Assembly (NCBI GenBank): GCA_040399325.1
Contig: JBBASJ010000003.1
Span: forward strand, 441 to 64,440
Direction of reading: 5' to 3'
Length of the DNA stretch: 64,000 nucleotides
Source: Prochlorococcaceae cyanobacterium
Lineage (GTDB): Bacteria > Cyanobacteriota > Cyanobacteriia > PCC-6307 > Cyanobiaceae
The notes beneath the pieces are model-generated. The model saw nothing but the letters and a program-made list of their open reading frames with translations, searched no databases and had not been told where the DNA came from. Both the position numbers and the translations under genes were made by a program. Positions within the stretch are counted from its first letter, which is position 1, and every line of letters begins with the position of its first letter. This document shows, in pieces, positions 31,895 to 41,475 of the stretch.

Positions 31895-33616
31895 CTAGGC
31901 AAGACCAAGCGCTGACTGCAACGGCTGCAGACCACCCTGATTGAGAATGGCATCTCTGAATAGAGTGTAATTTTCACTGTATTCATCAAGAATCGCTGCG
32001 CTCACCGGCGCAGCATTGGAGTCTTTGTTGTTGCTCGCGAACAACTGCACACGTCCCGTTTGTCCACCTTTGATCCCAAATGTCGGATTGTCGACGGTTG
32101 TGACGTTGAGGTCGTAATACGCGATTTCACTGCCGCCCTTGCTGTAGGTCCACTCGGGCTGTTCACCGAACCAGGCGGCGTGATCAAAAATCCTGGCTGA
32201 AGGAACAGGCACCTGGAAACCACCGATGCCATCAAAGGTGACCAGCGGGCCATCCTGATTGGGTCCCGTCATGCTGCCAAACAGGTTGGCCACATCCGAG
32301 GGGACCCAGAACGAACTCAGATCGCTTGCCTTCGGGCCTACCTGCAGGCGCACCCCGGTGAGCGGGTCAATGGTGCCGTTCTTGAACAGCGTCAGATTGA
32401 ACGGCTTGCTGGTCCCTTCCGTATCCTGAATATGGCGCACGATGAAGGCCGCTGCCGTGTTGTCGGTGAAGCCACCATCGGCCAGTCGTGTCATGCCGGT
32501 GCTGCTGTAGAGGCGCATCAGCTCTTCAACACTGGTGCCACCCCGGCGTGACGGTGTGGGCAGCACCTTGGGCATCGCAAGCGTCCCCTGGCCCAACGAG
32601 GCCAGCGGTGCCATGTCTCTGGCGGTCGACGCCACGGTGTTGGCGATGGCTTGAACACCGACGGCATCCAGGGTCTTGACCGCCGCCAGGTGGGCCAACG
32701 CCGACGACGAAGCTGTGGTCGCATCCACCACCGACAGACCCGACTTGAAGGAAGCCGTAACGGGTTGCTTCAGCGAGGGAAGCGACGAGAACAACTTGTT
32801 GTTGTTGAGGTCAAGCGACACATCACCGGCACCGAAGAATGCCGAAGCCACCGGAGAACCTGCGCCCTCCTGAACATCACTCAGGAAAAACAGAGGTGTC
32901 ATCATCCCCTGCGGTGGTGCCTGGGCTGCGCTCAACGGCGTAGCGCTAAAGATCTTGTTCTGCAGCAGACCGATGTTGTCGAGCACCACGGGTGTGGTCT
33001 GGGCCGAGGCAACAATCAGCAGGTCCTTGCCGGCAGCCCAACCCTGCCGCGCTGCATCGAGCCCTTTGCTTCCCAGATCGGCCAGCATGTTGTAGGGCTG
33101 AAACACAAACTTGTCGGTGAAGTTTCTCCAGCTCAACTGGGCCTCACCGGCTGCACCTGCCAGACCCAACAGATAACCGGCCTGCTGGAGCGAGGTCTTC
33201 AAGGACTGCGGCAACGCATCGATGGCGGTCTGCAGCCAGTCCGGGATCGCGGGAGTCGTGGCCTTGAACAGGGTGGCGACCTGGCCGTTGTAACCCGTGC
33301 TGTTGTATTGGTCGCGGGCCGAGGCCTGCTCAAGCCCCGCCAGGAACGGTTGCGAATAGGCCAGATGGCTCAGGAACCACGAGCCCCCCGAATTGGCGGC
33401 GATGCCTTTGACCGCCCCCATCAAGGTTGCGAGATCGCCCGTCTGCCCCTTGCTGCTGAGTCCATCGAGGCCCCCGGCAATCAGCCCCGCCAGCGATGAA
33501 TGGGAATTCCAGCCACCACCACTGAAGGCCACATAGCGGGTGGGCAGCGCAGGCACCCCAGGAGCAGGGGCTTGCCCAGCGTTGGCGGAGGTGGGTTGTC
33601 CAGTGGGTTTGGCCAT
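31895..33616 (-). CDS. patatin/cPLA2-like (FabD/lysophospholipase-like superfamily) putative lipase
   Basis: 573 aa with three motifs. FSGGGWNSHS is a Gly-rich oxyanion loop. AANSGGSWF fits the [GA]xSxG nucleophile elbow (compare cPLA2 GLSGSTW). RLADGGFTDN fits the patatin Asp-Gly-Gly motif. G+C is visibly lower than in neighbouring genes, and I saw no obvious signal peptide. Confidence 0.6.
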   Translation of the reverse strand: MAKPTGQPTSANAGQAPAPGVPALPTRYVAFSGGGWNSHSSLAGLIAGGLDGLSSKGQTGDLATLMGAVKGIAANSGGSWFLSHLAYSQPFLAGLEQASARDQYNSTGYNGQVATLFKATTPAIPDWLQTAIDALPQSLKTSLQQAGYLLGLAGAAGEAQLSWRNFTDKFVFQPYNMLADLGSKGLDAARQGWAAGKDLLIVASAQTTPVVLDNIGLLQNKIFSATPLSAAQAPPQGMMTPLFFLSDVQEGAGSPVASAFFGAGDVSLDLNNNKLFSSLPSLKQPVTASFKSGLSVVDATTASSSALAHLAAVKTLDAVGVQAIANTVASTARDMAPLASLGQGTLAMPKVLPTPSRRGGTSVEELMRLYSSTGMTRLADGGFTDNTAAAFIVRHIQDTEGTSKPFNLTLFKNGTIDPLTGVRLQVGPKASDLSSFWVPSDVANLFGSMTGPNQDGPLVTFDGIGGFQVPVPSARIFDHAAWFGEQPEWTYSKGGSEIAYYDLNVTTVDNPTFGIKGGQTGRVQLFASNNKDSNAAPVSAAILDEYSENYTLFRDAILNQGGLQPLQSALGLA

Positions 33617-33697
33617 GGCCCAGGCTCATCGGGATGCAGTGCGAGTATCGGCGCTCCCGATCGCCTGTGCATCACCCAGGTGAGTGGCGACGCCTGT

Positions 33698-34015
33698 CTA
33701 GCGCTCGGCGGGCACCAGGGCGATGTGATTGAGCAGCGTCGTGGTGAAGGCGAACAGCAGGAACGGCAGCGACAGCACCAGGATCAGGCCCACGCCCACC
33801 AGGGCGAACAGGGGCCGGCTGGCGCCCATCAGGGCCAGACCCGCCGCCAGACTCACGAAGATCACGGCCATCCAGATCAGAATCTGGGCATAGATGTCGC
33901 CGAAGGTGAGCGTGCAGCGCAGCTGATAAGGCTGCCCGCGACGCTGTGGATCATCGGGGGCTGACGGGGCCATGGACGGGTACCAGAAACAGCGGACTGT
34001 CTCCAGGTAAGCCAC
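33698..34015 (-). CDS. hypothetical two-TM membrane protein
   Basis: 105-aa ORF with two long hydrophobic helices (ILIWMAVIFVSLAAGLALM, LFALVGVGLILVLSLPFLLFAF). The start is uncertain. Confidence 0.45.
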   Translation of the reverse strand: MAYLETVRCFWYPSMAPSAPDDPQRRGQPYQLRCTLTFGDIYAQILIWMAVIFVSLAAGLALMGASRPLFALVGVGLILVLSLPFLLFAFTTTLLNHIALVPAER

Positions 34016-34078
34016 GACGCAGGCATCTGTCCGCCCGGCGCAACACTCCGTTCAGAGGGGGGGGCGCCAAGTGGCAGA

Positions 34079-35839
34079 TCAACCTGCCCCTGCAACACCC
34101 TGCAACTGCTGATCGACCTGCTGGCGCTCCCACAGGCGGCGATAGGTGCCGTCGACCGCCACCAGGTCCTGGTGTCGTCCCTGCTGCACCAGCTGTCCGT
34201 TGTCGAGCACCAGCACGCGGTCGGCGGCAGCCGCGGCCGAAAGCTGGTGGCTGATCATCAGCACCGTGCGCCCCTGCTGGCTGCGCACTGAAGCCAGGAT
34301 GCCCGCTGCCGTGGTGTTGTCGACGCTCGCCAGGGCGTCGTCGAGCACCAGCAGTGGGGCCTGCAACAACAGGGCCCGCCCCAGGGCCGTGCGCTGGCGC
34401 TGGCCGCCGCTCAGGGTGATGCCGCGCTCGCCGACCAGGGTCTGATAGCCATCGGGGAACCCCTTGATGTCGGCCGCAAGCCGGGCCTGGACCGCCACCG
34501 ATTCAACCTGCTCGGGCGAGGCCTCGGGATCGCCGTACCGAAGGTTGTCGGCCAGGGTGGCCGTGAACAGGTAGCCCTCCTGGGGCACCAGCGCCACCTG
34601 GCTGCGCAGGTCCTCGAGCCGCAGGGCCGTGGCATCGACCCCATCGACGAACAACTGGCCGGCTCCGATCTCGACCATGCGGCCGAAGGCGCGGGCCAGG
34701 GTGGTTTTGCCGCACCCGACCGGACCCACCACAGCCACCAGTTCGCCGGGCTCCAGGACAAAACTGACACCCGCCAGCGCAGGCCGGCTGGCCCCTGGAT
34801 AATGCACCGTGAGACCACGGGCCTCGACCCGCCCACGGCGTGGAGCGGCTGCCGCGACAGGCTGGGCAGGCGACTGGATGCGCGGCACCCGGGAGAGCAG
34901 GTCCTCGACCCGCTCGAGGCTGACCTGACCGGTCTGAAACGTGTTGAGGGTGAAGCCCAACAGCGCGGTCGGAAACACCAGCCTCTCGACATAGAGGATC
35001 AACGCCACCAGATCGCCGATCGAGAGCCGGCCGCTGGCCAGCTGACCACTGCCGAGCGCCAGCAGCAGCAGCAGGCTCAGCGATGAAATGCCCTCGAGCA
35101 ACGGAAACAGGGTGCTGCGGGTGCGCGCCAGATTGAGGGCCGCATCGCGGTAAACGCGGTTGCGCCCGGCGAAGGCGGCCTGCTCGGTGACCTCCTGGCC
35201 ATAGATCTTGATGGCGCTGATGCCGCTGAGGTCTTCCTGCACCAGATCACTGAGATCGGCGAGGGCCTCCTGCTGGCGTCGCTGCTGGCGCATCATGCGA
35301 CCGCCGAACAGGCGCACCACCATGAGCATCAGCGGGTAGAGGGCCACCGCCGCCAGGCTCAGCCACGGGTCGATGCTCACCATGGCCGGCAGGGTGAGGG
35401 CATAGGCCAGCACCGTGTTGGTGAGGCTGAGCACCGCAAAGCCCAGCAGCCGCCTGACGTTCTCCACGTCACTGGTGGCGCGGCTGATCACCTCGCCGCT
35501 GCCGGTGCTCTGCACCCAGCCCGGTTCCTGGCAGAGCAGATGGTCGAAGATCCGCTGCTTGAGATCGGCCTCCACCTGGCGGCCGACCCCGAACACCAGC
35601 ATGCGGGAGTACAGCCGCACCGCCCCCATGAGCGTGGCCAGCGCCACGATCAACAGCGCCTGATGCAGCACATCGGCGAGGGCGAAGCCGTCCTGCAGGT
35701 CATCCACCACCCGGCGGACCAGCAGGGGGATGGTGACGCTGAGCAGGTTGACCACCACCAGCGCCGCCATGCCCAGCAGCACCACGCGGCGGTGGGGCCG
35801 CAGGTAACGAAGAATCAGAGCCAGCCGCGGAGCAGCCAT
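34079..35839 (-). CDS. ABC exporter, fused permease/ATPase (MsbA/multidrug type)
   Basis: Six-TM N-terminal half, then Walker A GPVGCGKTT, signature LSGGQRQR and Walker B LLVLDDALS. Confidence 0.85.
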   Translation of the reverse strand: MAAPRLALILRYLRPHRRVVLLGMAALVVVNLLSVTIPLLVRRVVDDLQDGFALADVLHQALLIVALATLMGAVRLYSRMLVFGVGRQVEADLKQRIFDHLLCQEPGWVQSTGSGEVISRATSDVENVRRLLGFAVLSLTNTVLAYALTLPAMVSIDPWLSLAAVALYPLMLMVVRLFGGRMMRQQRRQQEALADLSDLVQEDLSGISAIKIYGQEVTEQAAFAGRNRVYRDAALNLARTRSTLFPLLEGISSLSLLLLLALGSGQLASGRLSIGDLVALILYVERLVFPTALLGFTLNTFQTGQVSLERVEDLLSRVPRIQSPAQPVAAAAPRRGRVEARGLTVHYPGASRPALAGVSFVLEPGELVAVVGPVGCGKTTLARAFGRMVEIGAGQLFVDGVDATALRLEDLRSQVALVPQEGYLFTATLADNLRYGDPEASPEQVESVAVQARLAADIKGFPDGYQTLVGERGITLSGGQRQRTALGRALLLQAPLLVLDDALASVDNTTAAGILASVRSQQGRTVLMISHQLSAAAAADRVLVLDNGQLVQQGRHQDLVAVDGTYRRLWERQQVDQQLQGVAGAG

Positions 35840-35894
35840 CGGCGACGTCGGGGCGGCAGAGTCATCGCCAACCTAAAGACCGGCGGCCGGCACC

Positions 35895-36206
35895 ATGAGC
35901 AACGGCGAGCAGACCCATCCACTCCATGCCGCCGATCGGCAGACGGTGGATCGCCTGCTGGCCGCTCAGCAACCCACGGATGCCGACCTGGTCGATGCCG
36001 CACGGCTGCTGATGCGCTACCAGGGCTTCCCCGGCGCCCGGGACCTGCAGGACGACCTGGCCAAGATCCTGCGGCTGTGGCAGTTGACGCGGGACGCGCT
36101 GCACAGCCGCACCCGGGCGATCTGGGCCACCGGGTACAGACCCGCGCCTGATGGAGCCGACGCCGTGGGTTCGGGCTTCGATACCACTGATCAGGACAAC
36201 GCCTGA
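35895..36206 (+). CDS. DUF3288 family protein
   Basis: HPLHAADRQTVDRLL..DADLVDAARLLMRYQGFPGARDLQDDLAKILRLWQLTRDAL matches the cyanobacterial DUF3288 pattern. Confidence 0.7.
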   Translation: MSNGEQTHPLHAADRQTVDRLLAAQQPTDADLVDAARLLMRYQGFPGARDLQDDLAKILRLWQLTRDALHSRTRAIWATGYRPAPDGADAVGSGFDTTDQDNA

Positions 36207-36288
36207 CAGCGGGCCGGCGCAACCCAGCGTCTGCCCCCCTCGCCAAGAGCACCCTTTTCAGGTGATAGTGGATCCGTCCCCATCACCC

Positions 36289-36320
36289 AGCCCGGCGTGC
36301 CCTGCACCCGGGCTTTTTTC
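36289..36320 (+). terminator. intrinsic terminator after the DUF3288 gene
   Basis: AGCCCGG-CGTGCCCTGCAC-CCGGGCT hairpin (with an inner GTGC/GCAC extension), followed by TTTTT. Confidence 0.65.
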
Positions 36321-36367
36321 TGGCTGTTCAGCCTGGCTGATCAGCCACACACCGCTCCCACCCAGCC

Positions 36368-37423
36368 ATGCCGACAGCGCCAGTCCGACCCGCCATGCTG
36401 GAGACGCTGCTGCAGGGGCACGACCTCAGTGCCCAGGAGGCTGCGGCCCTCATGGAAGGGTGGCTTGAGGGCACGATCGATCCCGTCGTGACCGGCGCCC
36501 TGCTGGCAGGCCTGCGGGCCAAGGGCGTCAACGGTGAAGAGTTGGCGGCCATGGCAACGGTGCTGCGGCAGGCCTGCAAGCTGCCGGCCCCTCGGCCCGC
36601 ACTGCCGTTGGTCGACACCTGCGGTACCGGCGGAGCCAGTGTCGAACGCGGTCAGGAGAGCTTCAACATCTCAACGGCGGTGGCCTTCACGGCTGCGGCC
36701 TGCGGTGTGACGGTCGCCAAACACGGCAACCGCAGCGCCAGCGGCAGGGTGGGTTCGGCCGATGTGCTCGAGGCCCTGGGCATCGACCTGGCGGCTCCGC
36801 CGGCGACTGCCCTGGCGGCCCTGGGCCAGGTCGGGGTGACCTTTCTGTTTGCCCCGGGCTGGCATCCGTCGCTGGCGGGGGTGGCACCGCTGCGCAAGGC
36901 CCTGGGCGTGCGGACGGTGTTCAACCTGCTGGGTCCGCTGGTCAACCCGCTGCAGCCCGAAGCCCACGTGCTGGGGGTGGCCCGCCGCGATCTGCTCGAT
37001 CCGATGGCCGATGCCCTGCGCCGCCTGGGCATGACCAGGGCCGTGGTGGTCCATGGCCACGGCGGCCTCGACGAAGCCACCCTTTCGGGCCCGAGCGAAC
37101 TGCGGCTGCTGCTGCACGGCAACATCGAGGAGTCGTGGCTGGATCCCAGCGCGCTGGGCTTGACGCCGGCACCGTTGAGCGCCATCGCCGGGGGCGATCT
37201 GGCGACCAACCAAGCCATTTTTGAAGCGGTGCTGCAGGGTCGCGCCCCTGCCCCCCACAGTGACGTGGTGGCCCTCAACACGGCGCTGGTGCTGTGGGTG
37301 GCCGGGCGCTGCGATGGCTTTGCCGACGGCATCGCCGTCGCCCGCGACGCGCTCGCAAGCGGGGCTCCCTGGCAACGCCTGGAGGCCCTGCGCACGGCGC
37401 TGCGCGACGGCGCTGAAGGATGA
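36368..37423 (+). CDS. trpD: anthranilate phosphoribosyltransferase
   Basis: [24 protein letters not shown] and the C-terminal half conserved in TrpD. Confidence 0.9.
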   Translation: MPTAPVRPAMLETLLQGHDLSAQEAAALMEGWLEGTIDPVVTGALLAGLRAKGVNGEELAAMATVLRQACKLPAPRPALPLVDTCGTGGASVERGQESFNISTAVAFTAAACGVTVAKHGNRSASGRVGSADVLEALGIDLAAPPATALAALGQVGVTFLFAPGWHPSLAGVAPLRKALGVRTVFNLLGPLVNPLQPEAHVLGVARRDLLDPMADALRRLGMTRAVVVHGHGGLDEATLSGPSELRLLLHGNIEESWLDPSALGLTPAPLSAIAGGDLATNQAIFEAVLQGRAPAPHSDVVALNTALVLWVAGRCDGFADGIAVARDALASGAPWQRLEALRTALRDGAEG

Positions 37424-38613
37424 TCAGATCGTCAGCATTGCCGAAGCCCTTGAGCCACACCAGCGCCGTTGCGCCCCACCGGGCAGCCGAAGCCCTGCTG
37501 GTGCTGGCTGATGGCACGGTGCTGCGGGGGCGGGGTTTCGGTGCCACCGGCACCAGCATCGGCGAGGTGGTGTTCAACACCGGCATGACCGGCTACCAGG
37601 AGGTGATCACCGACCCCAGCTATGCCGGGCAGCTGGTCACCTTCACCTACCCCGAACTGGGCAACACCGGTGTCAACCAGCAGGATCAGGAGGCCGACCG
37701 CCCCCACGCCCGCGGTGTGATTGCCCGGCAGCTGGCACCGGTCTGCAGCAGCTGGCGGGCCGAGAGCCCGCTCGAAACCTGGCTCGACACCCATGGGGTC
37801 GTGGGCATCTGTGGGGTCGACACCCGCGCCCTGGTGCGCCACCTGCGCGAAGGCGGCGCCATCAACGGTGCCATCAGCAACGACGGCACCCCGGCGACCG
37901 AACTGCTGCAGCGCGTGCGTTCGGCCCCCGCGATGACGGGCCTGAACCTGGCGGCCCAGGTCAGCACCACCACCCCCTACAGCTGGAACCGGACCTGTGG
38001 CGCCGGCTTTGACGTGCGCAGCCAAGCCGCCCCCGAGCGGCCCTACCGGGTGGTGGCGATCGACTTTGGCATCAAGCGCGCCATCCTTGAGCGGCTGGTG
38101 GCCCATGGCGCCCAGGTGGAGGTGCTGCCGGCGACAGCCAGCCTCGCCGAGGTGCTGGACCTGGAGCCAGAAGGCGTTTTTCTGTCAAACGGCCCAGGGG
38201 ATCCGGCGGCAGTCAGCGGCGGCATCGCCCTGGCCCGCGGCCTGCTGCAGCAGCGCCAGCTGCCGATCTTCGGCATTTGCCTGGGCCACCAGATCCTGGG
38301 CCTCGCCCTTGGGGGCCGCACCTTCAAGCTGGGCTATGGCCACCGCGGCCTGAACCATCCCTGCGGCAGCCCGGGCAGCGTCGAGATCACCAGTCAGAAC
38401 CACGGCTTTGCCATCGACCCTGAGTCGCTGCCGTCAGAGCTGGTGGACATCACCCACCTGAACCTGAACGACCGCACCGTCGCCGCCTTGGCCCTGCGCG
38501 ATCAACCGGTCTTCGGTGTGCAATACCACCCCGAAGCCAGCCCGGGGCCCCACGATGCCGACCACCACTTCGCCCGCTTCACCGCCTTGATGGCCGCCCG
38601 GCGTCAACCCTGA
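37420..38613 (+). CDS. carA: carbamoyl-phosphate synthase small (glutamine amidotransferase) subunit
   Basis: [17 protein letters not shown] at the N-terminus, a GATase triad context ([14 protein letters not shown]), and ATGA overlap with trpD. Confidence 0.9.
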   Translation: MIRSSALPKPLSHTSAVAPHRAAEALLVLADGTVLRGRGFGATGTSIGEVVFNTGMTGYQEVITDPSYAGQLVTFTYPELGNTGVNQQDQEADRPHARGVIARQLAPVCSSWRAESPLETWLDTHGVVGICGVDTRALVRHLREGGAINGAISNDGTPATELLQRVRSAPAMTGLNLAAQVSTTTPYSWNRTCGAGFDVRSQAAPERPYRVVAIDFGIKRAILERLVAHGAQVEVLPATASLAEVLDLEPEGVFLSNGPGDPAAVSGGIALARGLLQQRQLPIFGICLGHQILGLALGGRTFKLGYGHRGLNHPCGSPGSVEITSQNHGFAIDPESLPSELVDITHLNLNDRTVAALALRDQPVFGVQYHPEASPGPHDADHHFARFTALMAARRQP

Positions 38614-38618
38614 GGCGC

Positions 38619-39083
38619 TTGCTCACACAAGGGTCCAGACACAGTTTTGTTGCGAGCGCGACCAACCCGGATTTGCTCCCTACACTTCGGCCGATCGGAC
38701 GTTGGGAGTCAGGAGCCATCACCGAGCTGCAACGATTGACCGTCTCCCTGCGGGGTGGATTCGAGCAGCAGGCCCATTGCCAGCTGTTTCAGTTCACGGG
38801 GCAGCTGGATGCCTACTCCGACAAGCAATTCAGCGACTTCATCAGCGGGCATCGCAGCGTCACGCCCCAACCCCTGGTCATCGACCTGAGCCGCATCGAC
38901 TTTCTCGACTCGTCGGGGTTGGGTGCCCTGGTGCAGCTGGCCAAGGACTGCAACACCAACAAGTACCCCTTTGTGGTGGTGGGCAATGCCCGTGTGGTCC
39001 AGACCGTGAAGCTGGTACGGCTTGAGGACTTCCTGCACCTCCAGAGCGACCTCGACAGCGCCCTTGACCAGTTCGCCGCCTGA
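38619..39083 (+). CDS. STAS-domain anti-sigma-factor antagonist-like protein
   Basis: LVIDLSRIDFLDSSGLGALV..VVVGNARVVQTVKLVRLEDF. The track start is TTG and the true start is probably further downstream. Confidence 0.7.
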   Translation: MLTQGSRHSFVASATNPDLLPTLRPIGRWESGAITELQRLTVSLRGGFEQQAHCQLFQFTGQLDAYSDKQFSDFISGHRSVTPQPLVIDLSRIDFLDSSGLGALVQLAKDCNTNKYPFVVVGNARVVQTVKLVRLEDFLHLQSDLDSALDQFAA

Positions 39084-39117
39084 GGCCTCGCCGCCGCCAG
39101 CCCCTTCTGGCCAATGG

Positions 39118-39504
39118 TTGAAAGGGCTGCAGCCCAGCCGTCCCAGCAACGCGCTGGGCCCCCTGCAACTGGCCTGGCTGGGCGATGCGGTCTGGGAGCT
39201 CCACCAGCGCCTGCACCACTGCCGTGAACCCGGCCGCTCGGATCTGATGCACCGCGCCGTGGTCGCGGCCGTGCGGGCCGAGGCCCAGGCAACGTTGCTG
39301 CAGAGCCTCGAGCCCCTGCTGCAGCCGCAGGAGCGCGACCTGGTGCGCCGTGCCCGCAACCGGGCGGGTCAGGGACCACGGCGCGGAGACGCCCGGAGCT
39401 ACGCACAAGCCACCGGATTCGAAGCCCTGCTGGGCTGGTTGTTCCTCCACGATCCCGCCCGGCTGGTCGAACTGCTAGATCACTTGAAGGAGAACGTCCC
39501 ATAA
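39118..39504 (+). CDS. mrnC: Mini-ribonuclease 3 (Mini-III)
   Basis: LAWLGDAVWELHQRL..ARN....P.....YAQATGFEALLGWL, the RNase III catalytic signature without a dsRBD. The start is uncertain (a TTG at 39118 is the first candidate after the STAS stop). Confidence 0.7.
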   Translation: MKGLQPSRPSNALGPLQLAWLGDAVWELHQRLHHCREPGRSDLMHRAVVAAVRAEAQATLLQSLEPLLQPQERDLVRRARNRAGQGPRRGDARSYAQATGFEALLGWLFLHDPARLVELLDHLKENVP

Positions 39505-39523
39505 CCAGTCACCCCCCATCGCC

Positions 39524-41158
39524 ATGAGCCCTCGTTTTCAACGCCGTCCGGAACGCCGGAGCGGCTCCGGGGCCTCCGGCCGTTCTGCCGACCGCAGCGG
39601 CGGTCGCTTTGCCGGTCCAGCGGGCGAGCGCGCCGGCGGCCGCCCGGCTGGGGGGGCCGCACGGCGCTGGGGTGCCGCCAAATCGGAATGGCGACCCCAG
39701 GGCGCCGAGGGCGAGGCCCGGGGTGAACGCCGTTCGCTACCCGAGCGGCCCCGGCCCAGGCCGGGGGATCGCGGCGGCCAATGGCGCGGCCAGGAACGGG
39801 ACCGCAACTCGGGCGGCGAGCGGCGCCCCTTTCAACGGCGCGACGAGCGGGGTGACGCATTCGGGCGTTTCGAACCACGCCGCGACCCACGCCGCGAGAC
39901 ACGACGGGAACCGGGCCGTGAGTTGGGCCGAGAAGTGGTCCGAGAAGTGGGCCGTGATCTGGGCCGTGACCCCCGTCGCGATGCACGCCGCCACGACCGC
40001 GAGGAGCGCCAGCCCCAGGGCGAGGCCGAAAGCCTGGGCACACCGCCACCCAGCGACCTGATCTGGGGCCGCCACCCGGCCCAGGCGGCCCTTGAGAGCG
40101 GCCGGCCGATCCATCGCATCTGGTGCACCGCTGAACTGCGGCACACCCCGCGGTTCCTGCAGCTGCTGCGCGAAGCCAAGGCGTCGGGCGTGCTGGTCGA
40201 AGAGGTGACCTGGGCCCGGCTGGGACAGCTCACCAGCGGCGCCGTGCATCAGGGCATCGTGCTGCAGAGCGCCGCAGCCGACACCCTCGATCTGCCGAGC
40301 CTGATCGAAGGGTGCCGCCAGATCGGCGAACCACCGCTGCTGATGGCGATCGATGGCCTCACCGACCCCCACAACCTGGGGGCGATCGTGCGTAGCGCCG
40401 AAGCCCTCGGCGCCCACGGCATGGTGCTGCCCCAGCGCCGCTGCGCCGGGCTCACCGGCTCGGTGGCCAAGGTGGCGGCCGGAGCCCTTGAGCACCTGCC
40501 CGTGGCGCGGGTGGTGAACCTCAACCGCGCCCTCGACACCCTCAAACAGGAGGGATACCGGGTGATCGGTCTGGCCGCAGAAGGCAATCTGACCCTGGAA
40601 GAGGCCGATCTTGATGGTCCGCTGGTGCTGGTGACCGGTTCGGAGGGCGATGGCCTGTCGATGCTGACCCGACGCAGCTGCGACCAGCTGGTGCGCATTC
40701 CCTTGCGGGGCAGCACCCCCAGTCTCAACGCGTCGGTGGCGACGGCCCTGCTGCTGTATGAGATCGCACGCCGCGGCTGGATGGGAGGGCTGCAAGGTCA
40801 GGCTCCAGCCCCCCGGATCCAGCGCCCCCAGCTGCCGGCCAACCCGCTCGAGAACGATCAGGCCACACCACCGTCTGCCGACAATGCGCCCCAGGGCGAA
40901 GCCGAACCGCAGACCGTGCCGCCCACGGATCACCAGCCCGATGGGCAGGTTGATCTCGAAGCCGATCTCGAAGCTGAGCTCGATGTTGAGCTCGAGGTTG
41001 AACTTGGAGCTGAGCTCCAGGTTGATCTCGCAGCTGATCTCGGAGATGATCTTGGAGCTGAGCCCGTGGCTGAGCCCCCGCACCTGCCGGTTCACCAGGA
41101 GCCGGAGGTCCCCCGGGAGAGCGACGGTCCGGCCTTTGCCAGCGACATCAGTCTTTGA
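39524..41158 (+). CDS. rlmB: 23S rRNA (Gm2251) 2'-O-methyltransferase RlmB/SpoU with long charged N- and C-terminal extensions
   Basis: The central region of about 250 aa has IWGRHPAQAAL.., DGLTDPHNLGAIVRSAEALGAHG and IPLRGSTPSLNASVATALLLYE (SPOUT). It is flanked by an Arg-rich extension of about 170 aa and an acidic extension of about 120 aa. Confidence 0.8.
   Translation: MSPRFQRRPERRSGSGASGRSADRSGGRFAGPAGERAGGRPAGGAARRWGAAKSEWRPQGAEGEARGERRSLPERPRPRPGDRGGQWRGQERDRNSGGERRPFQRRDERGDAFGRFEPRRDPRRETRREPGRELGREVVREVGRDLGRDPRRDARRHDREERQPQGEAESLGTPPPSDLIWGRHPAQAALESGRPIHRIWCTAELRHTPRFLQLLREAKASGVLVEEVTWARLGQLTSGAVHQGIVLQSAAADTLDLPSLIEGCRQIGEPPLLMAIDGLTDPHNLGAIVRSAEALGAHGMVLPQRRCAGLTGSVAKVAAGALEHLPVARVVNLNRALDTLKQEGYRVIGLAAEGNLTLEEADLDGPLVLVTGSEGDGLSMLTRRSCDQLVRIPLRGSTPSLNASVATALLLYEIARRGWMGGLQGQAPAPRIQRPQLPANPLENDQATPPSADNAPQGEAEPQTVPPTDHQPDGQVDLEADLEAELDVELEVELGAELQVDLAADLGDDLGAEPVAEPPHLPVHQEPEVPRESDGPAFASDISL
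40949..41076 (+). repeat. 12-nt periodic coding repeat ([D/E]-L-x-x units) in the rlmB 3' extension
   Basis: It encodes VDLEADLEAELDVELEVELGAELQVDLAADLGDDLGAEPVAEP. A mirror-image basic 12-nt periodic stretch (GRELGREVVREVGRDLGRD) lies at 39913..39970. Confidence 0.85.
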
Positions 41159-41185
41159 TCACGGCACAATGGGGAACATCCCGCC

Positions 41186-41434
41186 ATGCCGTTGATGAAT
41201 CCCCTGTTGCAGCCCGTGCGCAGCTGCGCCAACGGCTTGGGGCTGGCCTGGTGGGCCAGGGTCGAAACCCGCTCGCCCAACGTCACGTACTGGTTTGGCC
41301 CGTTTGTACGGCGTCGCACCCTCGAAGCCCAGCTGCCGGCCTTTCTGACCGACCTGAGCTCCGAGGCGCCCGGCGACATGCACCACGAGCTGCTGCGCAC
41401 CCGCCGCGGCGAACCCTTCACCGAACCGGCCTGA
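41186..41434 (+). CDS. DUF1816 domain protein
   Basis: The core WWARVETRSPNVTYWFGPF is typical of cyanobacterial DUF1816. Confidence 0.7.
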   Translation: MPLMNPLLQPVRSCANGLGLAWWARVETRSPNVTYWFGPFVRRRTLEAQLPAFLTDLSSEAPGDMHHELLRTRRGEPFTEPA

Positions 41435-41475
41435 AGTCAGGCTGATAGCGTCCATTCCAGTTGGAAGCCGGCTCG

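Noticed and set aside
28289-33616. Possible CBASS-like pairing of a cyclase with a patatin-like phospholipase
   Set aside because: The cyclase is a membrane class III adenylate cyclase, not a CD-NTase. The two genes are on opposite strands, about 2 kb apart, and separated by tRNA-Pro, msrA and small envelope genes. No cyclic-nucleotide sensor domain was seen on the lipase.
39913-41076. Periodic repeats considered as a CRISPR or other non-coding array
   Set aside because: The period is 12 nt, in frame within the rlmB ORF, with no spacer-repeat structure. It is coding low-complexity sequence.
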